Source of the DNA: Octopus sinensis
Lineage: Eukaryota
Assembly (NCBI RefSeq): GCF_006345805.1
Contig: NC_043007.1
Span: 57,226,001-57,290,000 of the forward strand
Direction: 5' to 3'
Length of the DNA: 64,000 nt
The position numbers and the translations under genes were made by a program. Each line of letters opens with the position of its first letter. Positions within the stretch are counted from its first letter, which is position 1. The notes under the pieces are model-generated. The model saw nothing but the letters and a program-made list of their open reading frames with translations, had not been told where the DNA came from and made no database searches. Shown here in pieces: positions 1 through 14,517 of the stretch.

Positions 1-655
1 TATATATATAGTTATATTTGTGCATAGTCGTATTTCGCCTATTAAACACACGTACTTCAGCTTCATTATTATTAATTTTGTTTCTTTGTCAAAATCCTTT
101 CGTCACACATCCAGTGACCGCTTCAGCAACTCTCTATCTTACGTGTCTCCTTTTGTTCTGCTTATTCCATTTCATATATATGTATATGTATGTAGGGATT
201 GAAGTTTACATATATACATATACACTTCAGGTAGTTATATATCAATTAAGAAATTTTGAATTACAGTAACTCGTTAGTAAGATGCAAAGGAAAAGGGTAT
301 TTCAAATACAGCCACATCTGCAAAGGCGGTATATTGTATGATTCCATTCCAACGTTACACTTTCCTAATTCTTACTTCATATGTAATACGATTGTTTCTT
401 TGGTGTTGTCCATGGCGTCCTGTAAACAATCAATACACTTAAAATATGACAGTTTCATAAAAATGACACTCAGCCTCACAAAAGATCATAACGTCGAATA
501 TTAAATGCAAACTTATTTCTAATTAGAGCAGCGAAAATCAGATATCTAAATGTCAAGTAACATTGTATATTTAACACAATCTTTACACTCACACAAATGC
601 ATACACACACATATTAATTTATGTATGTATATATAAACACACGCGCACACATATG

Positions 656-713
<58 letters not shown>

Positions 714-1030
714 TAAAGATACCCATATACACACGCTTAAAAACAACAGTGTATATATATGTGAGTGTGTGTGTATATATATATAGATAAATAGATACAT
801 ACATACATACAAACATACATAAGGATATAGATATATATGTATATAAGAAAAATATACACACACGCACACACACACACATATATATAGATATTTACTCATA
901 GACGAAAGAAGGCAGGTGCGATTATTCAAGAAAGTGTGTTCGTATACGGCTTTGTATATTCATGAATAAGTGTGTATATTTAAAATATGTATATGGGTGT
1001 GTGAGTATGCACATATTCTGTCTAGCCTCG

Positions 1031-1059
1031 CTTTAGCTTATGGTTAAAGTGAAAGCTAG
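1031..1059 (+). mobile_element. Possible Helitron 3' terminus
   Basis: Hairpin CTTTAGC-ttatg-GTTAAAG followed 8 nt later by CTAG|T, as at other Helitron ends in the window. No 5' end found. Confidence 0.35.
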
Positions 1060-1500
1060 TATATATATATATATCTATATATATATATATATACACATAT
1101 ATAAGTATGTACAAATAGATACGTGGGTCTTGTGCTCAGTTAGATGTGAATGTGTGCGTGTGTGTGTATTTGTGTGTGTGTATTTGTGTGTGAGCATGTG
1201 TGCGTATTTGTGTGTGTGTTTGTAGTGCTGTAAAGCAATACAAAATACAAGAGACAATTGCGTGTGTGGAAGATAGAGACAGATGTGCAGATGTATAGCA
1301 TATGTACTGAAAGGCATATTTACTTAATCGAAATAATACGCACGCACACACACACACACATACGCACACACACACACACACACACACACACCACACACAC
1401 CACACACACACACACACTACACCCTCACATACAGACGCACAAACGCGCAAAGCACACAAATGTATACATACACACAGATATCAATCTATGTCTACAACGA

Positions 1501-1736
1501 TGCTGTTATATACATAAACACATATATTCGCTTAATTCTCCAAGTGAAATCATACATACACATACATATACACACAAATACACACACACACAAAACACAC
1601 ATATACACACACATATATATTTGTATATGTGTGAGGCTGTATATGTGTATTTGTATGTGTATGTATATCTGCATATATGTGTTTACGTGTATGTATATGT
1701 ATGATTTCACTTGGAGAATTAAGCGAATAACAGCAG
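1501..1736. repeat. Local inverted duplication (foldback)
   Basis: 1525-1558 TATTCGCTTAATTCTCCAAGTGAAATCATACATA is the reverse complement of about 1696-1729. The match extends to TGCTGTTA/TAACAGCA across a short insertion. Confidence 0.85.
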
Positions 1737-2209
1737 CTTGGTTTTCCAAGCATGGAGAAAGCTTTCACTTAATACATAATTTATGAATTGTTGTAATGAA
1801 GCAAATAAAATTCAATCCGTTATTGTTAGAAAGACTTCTTCGTTTTATACATACATACATACATAGATACATACATACATACATACATACATACATACAT
1901 ACATACATACATACACACATAATATATAAATGTATATACATAAGTATATATATGTATGTATACGTGTGTATATATGCATATATATACATATATATATATA
2001 ATATATATATTATATATATATTATATGTATGTATGTATATATATATATAGTATGTATATATAATATATGTATATATATGCATATATAATATGTATGTATA
2101 TATATGTATATATACACACGTATACATACATATATATACTTATATACATTACATTTATATATATATGTATGTATATATATGTATACATACACACATATGC
2201 ATATCAATG

Positions 2210-2254
<45 letters not shown>

Positions 2255-2280
2255 TATAAAGTCTTTCCTTACAGTTGTTG

Positions 2281-2323
<43 letters not shown>

Positions 2324-2382
2324 TATTATTATTATATTATTATTATCATTATATTATTATTATATTATTATTATTATTATTA

Positions 2383-2434
<52 letters not shown>

Positions 2435-2837
2435 CATTATTATCATTATTATATTATTATTATTATAACCAATGCTAGTATTTTCTGTTTTTAGTGTTTT
2501 ACTTTTCTGTGGGTTATTTTGTTTTGGAAGTTTTTTTTGTTAGTGAAAGTCATCTCGATCGCCCCGAGTAAAATGCAAACAATGCAATACGAAAATACGA
2601 TAACACCACAAATACATGCATACACATATACGTAAATGCATACATACATGTGTATATACGTCTATACACACACACCCCGCGTGCACACACACACATGCCG
2701 CGTGCACACACACACACCCACAAACATATATATGTTATGCAGCTATATATATATGTACATGTATATGCACATATATAAATATAAATACACATGAAGCGTA
2801 CATATGTATGTATATATATATATGTGTGTGTTATATA

Positions 2838-2911
<74 letters not shown>

Positions 2912-3375
2912 TATATATATATATATACATATAATATATATACATGTATACACGTATGTGTATGTACATATTTGTGTGGATATATATATATATATTATGT
3001 ATGTATGTATGTATGTATGTATGTATGTATATGTATGTATGTATGTATTGAAAAAAATTAAAAACCAACAATGAAACAATAATGATAAAATAATGACAAT
3101 AAAAACACTAGGATTTCCATCTCGGTCCATTACTCTTCGCTTCGAGAAAGATATCTTGCTAAGCAAGCAAATACGATTCATTGCCATCGATACGTCGTGT
3201 TTCGCCTCTCTTCGACTTATTCGGAATCGTTCGAGTGGTTTACACTCGTTCTTGCATGAACAGGTCTGTTGTGGATACAATTCTCTTACCGCTGTTTTGA
3301 TTTCATTTCATTCTGCATACAGCTCCGTATGTATAAATGTATGTATGTATGTATGTATGTATGTATGTATGTATG

Positions 3376-3406
<31 letters not shown>

Positions 3407-4090
3407 GCTTGGATGCATGTATATATGTATATATCTCTATATCGTGGGCATGTATGTATGTCTGTATATATGTATACACGTATGTATGTATATGTATATG
3501 TGTGTTCTATTTCACTCTCTCTCGCTCTCTATCCCTTTCTTCCTCTCATCCTTTACTTTGGTTTACTCTCTCATTTTCCATTGTGGAATTCTTTAAAAGA
3601 TATAAGTAGAAACTGTATATAAACAGCAGCAATAATTACTGCTTAATGATAATGCCATTAAACTGCTTTATAATTCACTATTGCCTTTCGGTAATTTCTT
3701 TTTCTTTTTCTAGTGTAAGGTTTTTGATGTCAATAGTAGAACAACGTAAGAATGAACTAGTGTCTGCAACTTATTCTGCTTTGTTATATCAACGTAAAAC
3801 AAAAGAGCTCTCATAAGGGAGATTATATTGCTTGCTGTTTCATGCCGTCTAAGCAACTATTGACTTTGCTTGAACATTTTAAATGAATTCTAAACTGGTG
3901 TTGGAAGAGTAAGAAGGAGAAAGGAAAATTGAAGAAATAAAGAAGTGGTAGTCATCATCCATCGCTGTAAGTACCTGTAATGGTATTCAAATAATAATTG
4001 ATTCATTTGATGGCTTACAGTGATGATTTCGAATTCCTTCTACAGTAACATGTACCTGACATGCTGTGGTCCCTTTTCAGAAGGAAAGGG

Positions 4091-4127
<37 letters not shown>

Positions 4128-4198
4128 TATAATATATATATATATATATATATTATATATAGTATGTATGTATGTATATATGTATATGTATGTATGTG

Positions 4199-4230
<32 letters not shown>

Positions 4231-4567
4231 TGTATGTATGTATGTATATGTATGTGCATGTATGTATGTATGCATGTATGTCATTTTTCTGTTTTATCAC
4301 GAAATTTCTTGCCAATAGAGAAAAAGCCGGTTTCTTACCTAGAACCCAGGCTCTTTCACTGGAATTTCAGAACATGAACAGGGTATCTTCGCATTTATAT
4401 GTGTTTATTTGTAGTATTTTGAGTCAATGCATGCATGGATTTCTATGTTTTTTTTTTATATATGTATGTATGCATGTATGTATGTATATATTAATATTTT
4501 TTTAATGTTTTCGTAAAATCATTTTACATTAAATTGAGAGATTACTCAATACATTTGGGAGAGTACA

Positions 4568-5085
4568 AATATATTACTCTTTAACAAGAATTGTATTGAC
4601 AGTGATCTCGAAGTTTCGGCCAGCTAAACCATCAAGCTGAATTCTGAGTTACAACCTTCACTTTCTCAAAACAAACGGTTAAATATCTTATTAATATCCA
4701 AATAAAACCAACAACAACTAAATCTGTTAACGCATCAGCTGGTCAACATACACCTCCAATCTAACCTTGTTCGTTTGTAAATCCCTATGACCTGAAGATG
4801 ATAAACCTAAATATAAACACCTGGTTCCAAAGTTCTGCACGCATGAATAAATTCTAAACAATAGAACTCCAAATTTAATCAATAAAAATTTCCAATAACA
4901 CCATGCCCTCACAACCTAATTATCATTCAACAGAACACATCTTACCCTAGAAAATCTACAAAACTTAATAAAGACTATATAAAGCCAAGATAAACTCAAA
5001 TGCATCACAGTCTGATGAAGGCTTCACTAGCCGAAACTTCGAAATCACTGTCTATACTACTCTTGTTAAAGAATTATATATATAT
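4568..5085. mobile_element. Head-to-head inverted pair of Penelope-type pLTR fragments
   Basis: 4568-4640 is a diverged reverse complement of about 5010-5085 (GACAGTGATyTCGAAGTTTCGGC...; CTCTTTAACAAGA). The right arm carries an HHR. Confidence 0.6.
5007..5051 (+). ncRNA. Minimal type I hammerhead ribozyme (PLE type)
   Basis: ACAGT-CTGATGA-A-GGCT(tcact)AGCC-GAAA-CTTCGAAA-TC-ACTGT: 5-bp stem I, 4-bp stem II, near-palindromic stem III with one C.A mismatch. Confidence 0.65.
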
Positions 5086-6252
5086 ATAGTGTGTGTGTAT
5101 TTGTGTGTGAGTGTGTGTGTGCGTGTGTGTGAATGTGAGTGTACGCGCGCTAGCGTATGCGTGTCGTCCCCGTGGCATTGAAAAATCTGTGGATAATTAA
5201 TTGTTATTGAAAGGATCATTGGGACTTCAAATTGGATTATTTTGTTATAGATCTTGGAAAAGAGTTCTTGTGCCAATATCTGTATGATTTTTAGTCCGTC
5301 CAGTAAAACTAACATAAGATTATCTACATCTTTTATAAAAACAAATTGCAGTTTAACCATTGTAATTTTGCCATGGATAAAGACCTCTTGTCTCCCCGTC
5401 CTTCTCTCTTACCTGTATCTCTTCCTTTCCTCCCTCTTACTCTTTTTCACATTCTCTAAACTTTTTATCCTATTTTTATGTCCATTTTTCACTCTTTCTC
5501 TCATATAATCTTTTTTTAAGAGTCACTTCCTTTCAGGCTATAAATGAAGATTGATGTTTTTGTTCCACTAGCTTCTACAAAAACGTCCATTTATAGCCAC
5601 AACATATGATGTTCAAATCAGATGCACTACATGCTGAACGGTATGGCAGCGTAAACTTCCATATTTGATAACAGACAATATGTTAATGTATACTGTAGAC
5701 CGAGTGAGACAAGCACAAAAATCAAAGAGATACAAAGTATCAGTCCACTCACTGTTACACTAAATACTAGTTTAACAAGTCATTTAAGAGGTCTCTCCGT
5801 GGCTATTTCATCACCAAGAAGAATTATACCATGTTACCTTACGAAACAAAGGATATATTGAATACTGAAGTTTGGTTAAAATATGCGTGGAGATATAAGA
5901 CAAGCTTGTTATGAGCGGAATGATTTCCATCATAGGCTTTCTCCTATGGCTAAACAACAACAACAACAACAATGATGACGATGACAACAACAACGATATA
6001 TTGTACCTATTGACGCTGGAATCCATGACCTCAGTTTACCTTCTAATCTATCTTTTCTCTAATGCCATGCGAATTTAGTAGCATTCTTGATCTTTGACTT
6101 TATTCTTCTCCTTGAAGTTGGTTACAACTTTCGCCAAGCATTTGTATACCATTCTCTCCAAAGAAAGATAATTTTGAATTAATTCAGTATTTATCTTCTA
6201 CAATATTTAATACATTTTATTCATCTTGAGTGTGCACACACACGCACGTGCG

Positions 6253-6290
<38 letters not shown>

Positions 6291-6677
6291 ACACACACAC
6301 ACATCTTTTATCATCTACTTGTTTTAGTCATTGAGCTGCGGCCGTATTGGTACTTATTCGATCAGGCGTGAATCTAGAGCTCTCATTAGATTGACACCTG
6401 TGTGGGTTGCTTTGAAAACATGTTTCCATAGGTTTTTGAAATATTCAATTTCACAATCGATTCAAAATGGATCGATTTGTGTATTGTACGATTTTTATAT
6501 CTGAAACTGCTTACGTAATAGAAATACGTGTAAGCCTTTTTATGATGTAATTCTGAATTAAAGATGCGTTGTTCTTGTTAATGTCTTATATATTATATTA
6601 TATTATACTATATGATATATAATATATATATAATATATATAAAGAAAATAAGTAGCAAGGATGTCTAGGAATCAGTG

Positions 6678-6714
6678 CATTACGGCCGTTTCAAGCGGCT
6701 CCATTCCCTAGATC
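6678..6714 (-). ncRNA. Degenerate HHR-like motif
   Basis: Minus strand GAT-CTAGGGA...GAAA-CGGCCG-TA-ATG. Perfect palindromic stem III (ACGGCCGT) but the 5' core deviates from CTGANGA. Confidence 0.3.
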
Positions 6715-7565
6715 AATGAAAACATTACATCAATTTGAAATAAACCGCTCCCCTCGGCTGCAAATGACCATATAACTTTCAACATAAAGGATAAACCATT
6801 GTTTTTTAAGCATATTTTCATCAGCACAAGAGACCAAAATTGTTACCTTGTTTCCTCTTGCTATTTTCGTAACAGAATGAATTTGGGGGGGAAATGTATA
6901 CTTAAAGCCTACTATAATTTAGAGTGGAAAAGGAAAATAATGGGGATCAAGAAAGAGAAATGGTGATGTTGGTTACATTTATGTTTATCTTTATATCACA
7001 TTCAAAAGATTTAATGCAGTATTTTGTTTAGAAGTCCTGAGAATTAAATCCATTGGAAATTGACAGTTCTTGTGTGTGGTGATAGATTAATTAATGCCAG
7101 ATACTCTCTCCGGTCGCTATATTACTGGGACCATATAACCATCCCTTATCTACATAAAAGGATATATCTCAGGGTTGCTAGTAAGATAATGACAGATAGA
7201 GAATAGGTGATAGGACAGGGTGCTAATCATACTATATTTATCAAATAAAAGGGGCATAAATTGAAAAACAAAAGAAGTCAAAATGAGCTCTAAGTGTGGG
7301 AATTAAAACTGAGGGTAACGAGGTGTATCCTAACTTAGCAAAATTTATATATTAAAAATTTAGAAATGGATTTTAGAACCATTTAAGAGAAAAAGAATAT
7401 ACCGAATTGGCTTGGTGCCTCAATTTAAGTACCTAATTCAACTGAATCTTTTATATATATATATATATGTATGTATGCATACGTACCTGTTGCTTCTGCT
7501 AAATATTAATAAAAATATAAATATATACTCATGTTTTGAGTTCTATTTTTCGTTAGCATCACCGC

Positions 7566-7640
<75 letters not shown>

Positions 7641-7686
7641 GAGTGTGTGTGTGCGCGAGTGTCTGTGTGTGTGTATGTGTGTGTGT

Positions 7687-7738
<52 letters not shown>

Positions 7739-8573
7739 AGGACTTAGGATTCGTTTTTATAATTTCAACTGTCCTGCTTTTATTTTCCTTCTTTTCTTTT
7801 GCATAGGAGAGTCTGAGTTTGTTTTCGATCTCTAAAAGTGCCTTTTTGAGGTTGGACTCATGAATTTATTTATCTAAACGATTTAATATCTTTATGTATG
7901 TATGTATGTATGTATGTATGTATGTATGTATGTATGTATGTATGTATGTATGTATGTATGTATGTACATACGTAATTTTCTGAATAAGCTCTTAGTGTAG
8001 TCTCGATGGACTGGAATGTAACACACCGACTCTAATGATAAGAGGCAATCTACAATTTGAATTTTGAACTGTTAAGCTTAATGTTTTTAAATCTCACATT
8101 GGGCAATATTTTTGTTTCACCGTCATATGTATTGTCACCACCAACATCTCTACCTTCTCCTCTCAACAGCACATCTATATTTCTTCCTACCAACGCCGGC
8201 TACCAGACTAACACCAACACCGTCTACACTATTGCCACTAGCCATCTGACGAAAAACAAATTATGAGGGCAGTAACATGGCAACAATAGCAGGTACAATA
8301 ACAATAACGAAACCAACAACGCTGCTAACAATATCAGCGGCTATAATTATATCTTTAATATGAGGTTGGATAGCGATTTGTCTTCACGATATGTTTGTGT
8401 GTATGTGTAGGTGTATAGCGGGAAATGTATGTATATGTATATATGGTTAGAAATGTATGTGTGTACACGACATGATGGCAAAATGCAAATAGTATGATGA
8501 ATAAATGATACTTTCTCTTCAATAACAACAAAAGCAATAAGAACAGCAAAACAACAACAATAGCGGCAAGCAG

Positions 8574-8670
8574 GAAGAAGAAGAAGAAGAAGAAGAAGAA
8601 GAAGAAGAAGAAGAAGAAGAAGAAGAAGAAGAAGAAGAAGAAGAAGAAGAAGAAGAAGAAGAAGAAGAAG
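8574..8670. repeat. (GAA)n microsatellite
   Basis: About 32 uninterrupted GAA units. Confidence 0.97.
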
Positions 8671-9617
8671 AATTTAGAAACTGCAACCAAGAAACCAACA
8701 AACCAACTAGCCAGTCAACCAGCCGGCCAACCAATCAACTAACGGATCATTCAAACAACCAATCAACCAGTCTACCAAACAAAAACACAACCGGAAGTGG
8801 AAAATGAAGAGGCATGTGGGTAACGGTAATGGTGTTAGTTCGGGTGGAAACGTTACAGGAATACAATTTTGTCGGTTGCTTTATTCTTCATTCCATTCAT
8901 ACACTTTCCTTTGTTTGTTTGTTTCTTTCTTTCTTTCCTCCTTTTGTTTTTCTCTTCCGTTCTGGTTCTCACTCCAGTTCTCTCTCTCTCTCTCCTTCTT
9001 TCTCAAACAAGAATTAATTTTCTTCTTCAATATTATTCTTGGGCGCTTATTCGCTTCTTATCAAGCTTCTAGTTACCATTTCTAGCCGGAGGAGAGCAAC
9101 ACTTAAACAGCCCTTCAGTTTATGTTTGTTATGTTTGTTGGTTATTAAATGAAAAACTCATTGTTAGTCCTCCTTCTCTAATAATCACTTTGGTCTGTCT
9201 ATATGTCGCTTTGGTTATCCTCACACTTGTGCACTTCCATTCACTCATTTCTCTCCATCTCTATCGTTTAGTTTTTATATTTTATTTCTACATTTCAAAT
9301 GGCTTTCCTGTTGTAACAGCATCATGTACACGCACTTAGACATAAATACACCGACAGTCTTCCTTCACTCTCTGTATGTATGCATTCATCGTCAATTCTT
9401 TCTATCTCTCCACACACACACACACAAATGCACATTCATCTCATCACACACATACACACACACACACGGCCAATGAGCCTACTTTGAATCAAGTGGTGCA
9501 AGAGAACATCAAGTAAAAGTCCTAAGTGATGATGAAAAAGCAGTTCATGTTTCACAAGAGCCGCTAGAACCGTTCTATCATATGAACATCCCAGCATCTT
9601 GTGAGAAAGTGTTCTCG

Positions 9618-9681
<64 letters not shown>

Positions 9682-9736
9682 AGGCAAATGCAGATTGGGC
9701 AGTTAATAATTGTTTATTATTAACAGCAAATTAATC

Positions 9737-9819
9737 ATCTCTTACAGCTGTTTCAATTAATACTCAGTAAATATTAAGTACATATTACATTTGTATGACC
9801 CGAACATATCTTCAGTGGT
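9737..9819 (-). ncRNA. HHR-like remnant, same stem III family as 17662
   Basis: Minus strand CTGAAGA-54 nt-GAAACAGCTGTAAGAG. The 3' half matches the 17699-17713 motif; stems I and II pair poorly. Confidence 0.35.
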
Positions 9820-10895
9820 GACGGGGATATACCCTTGGATGTTTTATATGCGTTAATGGATTCATTATGGCAGACTGGATGATACGGTTTATGATTTGTA
9901 TTGTTATATGTTCGGGCGAGGTGTTTACAGGTTGACTGGGGATAAGAGAGAGTAGGTTATTAGAATTAGAACAATAAAGGAATGAATTAGATAGAGATGA
10001 TAGAGGAACTTTAAATATAGATAAGGTAAGTTTGTAGTTAATAAAAATTGGAATATTCGTTTATAAGGTATAAATAAATAATGAAAATCTGTTTGTATGC
10101 AAGTAAGCACACACACACACACACACACACAACACACATATATATATATATATATATATTTATATACACACACACATACATAAATGTATCCGTACGTATA
10201 TATACACTGAGATACATGCATATACTCACACATATACATCCATCCACATGTAGACACATATACGTATATATAAATATACATGAGCGAATACATTAATACG
10301 TATGCACACTCCTACATACATGTATGTATGTATGTATATATATATATATATGTGTGTGTGTTGTGTGTGTGTGTGTGTGTGTTTGCACTTTTTACCCATC
10401 ACCCCTTAGAAGAAGTTGCTGGTCAATTAATTCCGATTGGTTAATAAAATTTGAACTATTTTGTTTACTCTATAGCATTGAGCGTTGCGTAGTATTTTTT
10501 CTTGAGCAAAGCACTTCATTTCACGTTGCTCTGCAATCATTTCGTCATTTGACATGTGGCACTCACTGCACCTGTACAGGTAACTTGATGGAGGGAGTGA
10601 ACTTGTGTGTACTCAGATATTTGATCACTATAAACAAATCATCTGTGTGGTTGTTCGGTAAGAAATTATCGTACCCTCATGCATCGTCTAACGACGGTAA
10701 TCATAAGATGAAACGTATTGCGTGCTTTTGACCAGCCCTTCGGTGCTAAATACTCATAGGGTTGGTTTTCTCTGTGTACGCAGCCAGAATATCCTATTTG
10801 ATAATTACCAACCATTGGCCGGAACCACAGGTATATCGAACCCAAAATGGTGCATATCATTTCAGGTACCTGATTCTATCTGAGTCTTTATTTGC

Positions 10896-10946
<51 letters not shown>

Positions 10947-11011
10947 CTATATAATAATATATATAATATTATATATATATATAGCAAAGAAGCAACAGAA
11001 TATCTTCGGTA

Positions 11012-11096
11012 ATTTGGTACGATCGTTTCACGCTACATCATTTTATTAAACATTGTATTACAACAGTTTTAAAATGTTGAGCAATCATCAGCCATT
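11012..11096 (-). ncRNA. HHR with long stem II
   Basis: Minus strand TGG-CTGATGA-tTGCT CAACATTTTA AAAC...GTTT aa TAAAATGATG TAGC gt-GAAA-CGATCG-TA-CCA. Palindromic stem III ACGATCGT. Confidence 0.55.
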
Positions 11097-11736
11097 TATA
11101 GAGGTTTTCCATCAATACATATACTTATTTCCATGTTAATTGATAACATTATAAAGAGGGTAGATATACAGACAGAGATGTTGATTTGAATGTTAAGAAC
11201 ATTAAGGTATTAGAATTTATCTTCTGACTGAAGATTTTCTTTAAGTTATTTTGATCTGCTAGAAAGGGGGAGGGATATTCAGTTGAATGGAGACAAAATA
11301 TATTTTCTATTTATAGATATAGGAGGGGTGAAATAAGTGTCAAAAGTTATTCCTGAAGCAGTTAAAGTGGTAGGGGGATTATAGACTAATATTGTCTTAG
11401 AGGTTGTTTACTACTAGAAAACAAGGCCAATACTAAATGGTCACAATAACCATCTATATACTATATGGTTATAGAAAATACAGAGGTTCTTTTACACTTA
11501 TACAAACATATACATATATGCATCCGCATTAATATATGCGATCATACTTTGATAGTAAGTGTTGATTATTTTAATAAGTTGGATTAAAAGAGAATTTTAG
11601 ATCTAATATTTATTAAGTTTGGAGAAAAAAACCTATAATTTATTTAGTATATATATTATGAGTAAGCATAATATTCAATAACCGTGGACAAAAGTCTTAT
11701 TAATTAAGTGAATATATTATGAGTTAATAATATATA

Positions 11737-11955
11737 TTAGAAAAAGTGGAAGAGGAGTAATCAAGATGAGTAATTTTCTTAGATTTAGTAGATGGTGATT
11801 CATTATTAATGAATCAAATTAAAAGAATCTATTAGACATAATATATTAGAAATAATGGAAGAGAAGTAATCAAGAAGAGTAATTTTCTTAGATTTAGTAG
11901 ATGGTAATTTGTTATTAATGAATTAAATTAAAATAATCTGTTAGACATATAATAT
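11737..11955. repeat. Tandem duplication of a ~109-bp AT-rich unit
   Basis: TTAGAAAwArTGGAAGAG...GAGTAATTTTCTTAGATTTAGTAGATGGT starts at 11737 and 11846; weaker copies flank it. Confidence 0.8.
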
Positions 11956-12477
11956 TTATTACCTGCGGAGAAAAACTAACAAAAATATCCGGGGTCAATA
12001 ATATATATTAAAAAATGAAAGTGAGGAATTCAAGATGGACTGAGTAATTTCTTTAGAAACATAGAATTTTTTCTATTAAATATAGATTATCAAAAAAAAA
12101 AATGCAAAAGAGAGAGAGAGAATTTAATTCTAAATATGCAATGAAGTTTTTTTAGTAATCTGTGCATGTTGAATAAAAGCTAGTATGGTATATTCATTCT
12201 TATTTGGTTATAAAGAATTAGGATTTGAAAATTTAGGAATGGTCAGAATATTATTATTTAAAATATTTAAACGTACAGGTTGTGCGATGCATGCAAGATA
12301 ATCCTAGTTCAGAACGGTTATTTAACAAATTTGTATTATTCCTATGTTTTAAAATTTCATGTTTCCATAGAACAAAGTTCACACTGTACGCTGTGAACAA
12401 AGTTCACACCGTACAAATTCTGGTGCATCTGACTTAAGTACCATATTCATTTGAATCTAAATTTTGCTGAACTTATA

Positions 12478-12540
<63 letters not shown>

Positions 12541-12544
<4 letters not shown>

Positions 12545-13239
12545 TGAAATGCGTTTCGACCGCTTGGATCGCTTTCAAGGCCACTACATCCCGTCGGATT
12601 GACTCCAAAATTTACAGGGACATGTAAAATGAGGTGACGATGCCCGTGGGCTACGTTAGAAATCCCTATCTTAAAAGGTGTCGTTGCTAGGGCCAAAAAC
12701 CCACTTTGACAAGTCCACTCCAGTTCTTTTACGTATCTGTCTTCCTCACTCACGCTATTTCCTCCATTTCCCTCTAACTCCCCTTCAGTTTCCCTTTATA
12801 AGTTCGTCAAACGGCGTTCTTTTATGTATCTGTCTGCATTCATAGAGAGAATTATCATCGCCACCAACAACACACAATCAGATATTTCTTGCGTTCATTT
12901 ATATATGTGTGTGTGTTCTATATATAAATATGTATATATAATGTATACATACAAAGTGTATATATCTGTATTTATGTATATTAAACTTTTTAATACTTTT
13001 TGATAGTTATATATATTTTTAAACAAATTATAAATATAATTTAATAACTTTTATTTTAAATTTAAATAATTTAAATTTTTTAATTTTATATTTTATATAT
13101 TTTCTATATTATATTTTTATTTTTATGTTTTTGTTTTTGGTTTTTCACTGTTTGATTTGCCTATTAGTGGTTTTATCTCTAATTTAATTTATACATATAT
13201 ATATATATAATTTGTATACATTTGTATATATAATGCGTG

Positions 13240-13279
<40 letters not shown>

Positions 13280-14481
13280 CACACATATATATATATATAA
13301 TGTGTGCATTATGTGGTCGGTCGGTTCAGCTGAAAATATGCACACCTAAGTTAAAAGTACTGGCAAGTTTGCATGAAAACTATTTTTTTCCTCAAATGAA
13401 AGGCGTGACCTCTAGGACAAAATTCCTCATCTTATAAAATGTGGCCCGAGTAGACCCGAATGAAATCGGGTTATGTTAACCAAAATGTGAAAAGAGGTCT
13501 AAATGGGGCTGGAAGGGGATTAAAATTTAAATGAGCGAGTGTTTAGGAATTCTGTTACATCAAGCTAAAAAATTTGCACCAGCCTTTTAATCGTCAATGT
13601 GTTGCCGTCCATGATGAAGAAGTTTTGAATGCTTGCCATGGTGAGTCTACTGTCGTGAGAAAGAATCACTTCAAAACTTGGTGTTTACGAATTTTCTTTT
13701 ACATCAAGTTCAAAATTTTACGCCAGACGTTAAACTGTCAATACGTTGCTGTCCGTCGTTAAGAAATGCCAGCCATGGTGATTCTACTATCCTCAGATTC
13801 TATCCCTTCAAACTTTGCTTTCCAATATTTTTATTCAGCTCGCAAGTTCGTCTGTCCCTTTTAAATGTTAGCGTTTTGCTTTCTGTCTTGAAGCAGACCT
13901 TTCCGTTGCCACTGCCTGATATTTATGATTGATCTTTCTAAATATTTTATTTCTCAACTTACTCAAGATCTTTTGTTGTTTATAAATGGGAGAGAGATAG
14001 ATAAAGATAGAGAGTAAGAGAAAGCGAGGGAGAGTCCGAGAGAAAAGAAAAGTAAGAGAGTGGGGAAAGTGAGAGAGAAAGGAGAGAGAAACAAAAAGGG
14101 AGAATCATCATCATCATCCTCGTTTAACGTCCGTTTTCCGTGCTAGCACGGGTTGGACAGTTTGACCGGTGTCTGGGAAGCCAGGAGGCTGCACCAGGCT
14201 CCAGTCTGATCTGGCAGTGTTTCTACAGGTGGATGACCTTCCTAACGCCAACCAGTCTGTGAGTGTAGTGGGTGCTTTTTTCGTGCTGCCGGCACAGGTG
14301 CCAGGGGGGCTCGCAGCGGCAACGATCAGTTGGTGCTTTTTACGTGCCACCGGCACAGAAGCCAGTCAAGACGGCGCTGCAATCGGCCACGTTCGGATGG
14401 CGCTTTTTACGTGCTGAAAGGAAGCAACTGAAAGTAACAACCACACTCTTACCCGCGCGTAGAGCGGGTCACCTTCAGCGA

Positions 14482-14482
<1 letters not shown>
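12541..14482 (+). mobile_element. Non-autonomous Helitron-like element, tandem unit A
   Basis: Shares long blocks with 14515-15808. Ends with hairpin ACCCGC-gcgtaga-GCGGGT then CGAG|T (CTAG variant). Contains a SINE insertion at 14104-14415. Confidence 0.7.
14104..14415 (-). mobile_element. SINE/LINE 3' fragment with RTE-type tail ending in (GAT)n
   Basis: (CAT)n-CGTTTAACGTCCG...GGATGACCTTCCTAACGCCAACC on the plus strand, resembling RTE-associated tails. Absent from Helitron unit B at the equivalent position. Confidence 0.65.

Positions 14483-14514
<32 letters not shown>

Positions 14515-14517
<3 letters not shown>

Larger units (their letters stand above)
600..3480. repeat. Compound microsatellite field: (TA)n, (CA)n, (TATG)n, (ATT)n
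   Basis: Directly visible tracts, e.g. (ATT)n 2282-2466 and (TATG)n 3330-3403. The Y/I/H/T/C/V-rich ORFs here are repeat translations. Confidence 0.95.

Noticed and set aside
546-3622. Many long ORFs rich in Y, I, C, V, H, T
   Set aside because: Dinucleotide and tetranucleotide repeats lack stop codons. The same applies to similar ORFs across the window.
7790-7860. Strong splice-acceptor-like tract (TTTTCTTTTGCATAG)
   Set aside because: No coherent downstream exon or partner exons were identified.
9480-9620. Frame ending IPASCEKVFS, reminiscent of the hAT dimerisation motif
   Set aside because: The match is too short and no other hAT features are nearby.
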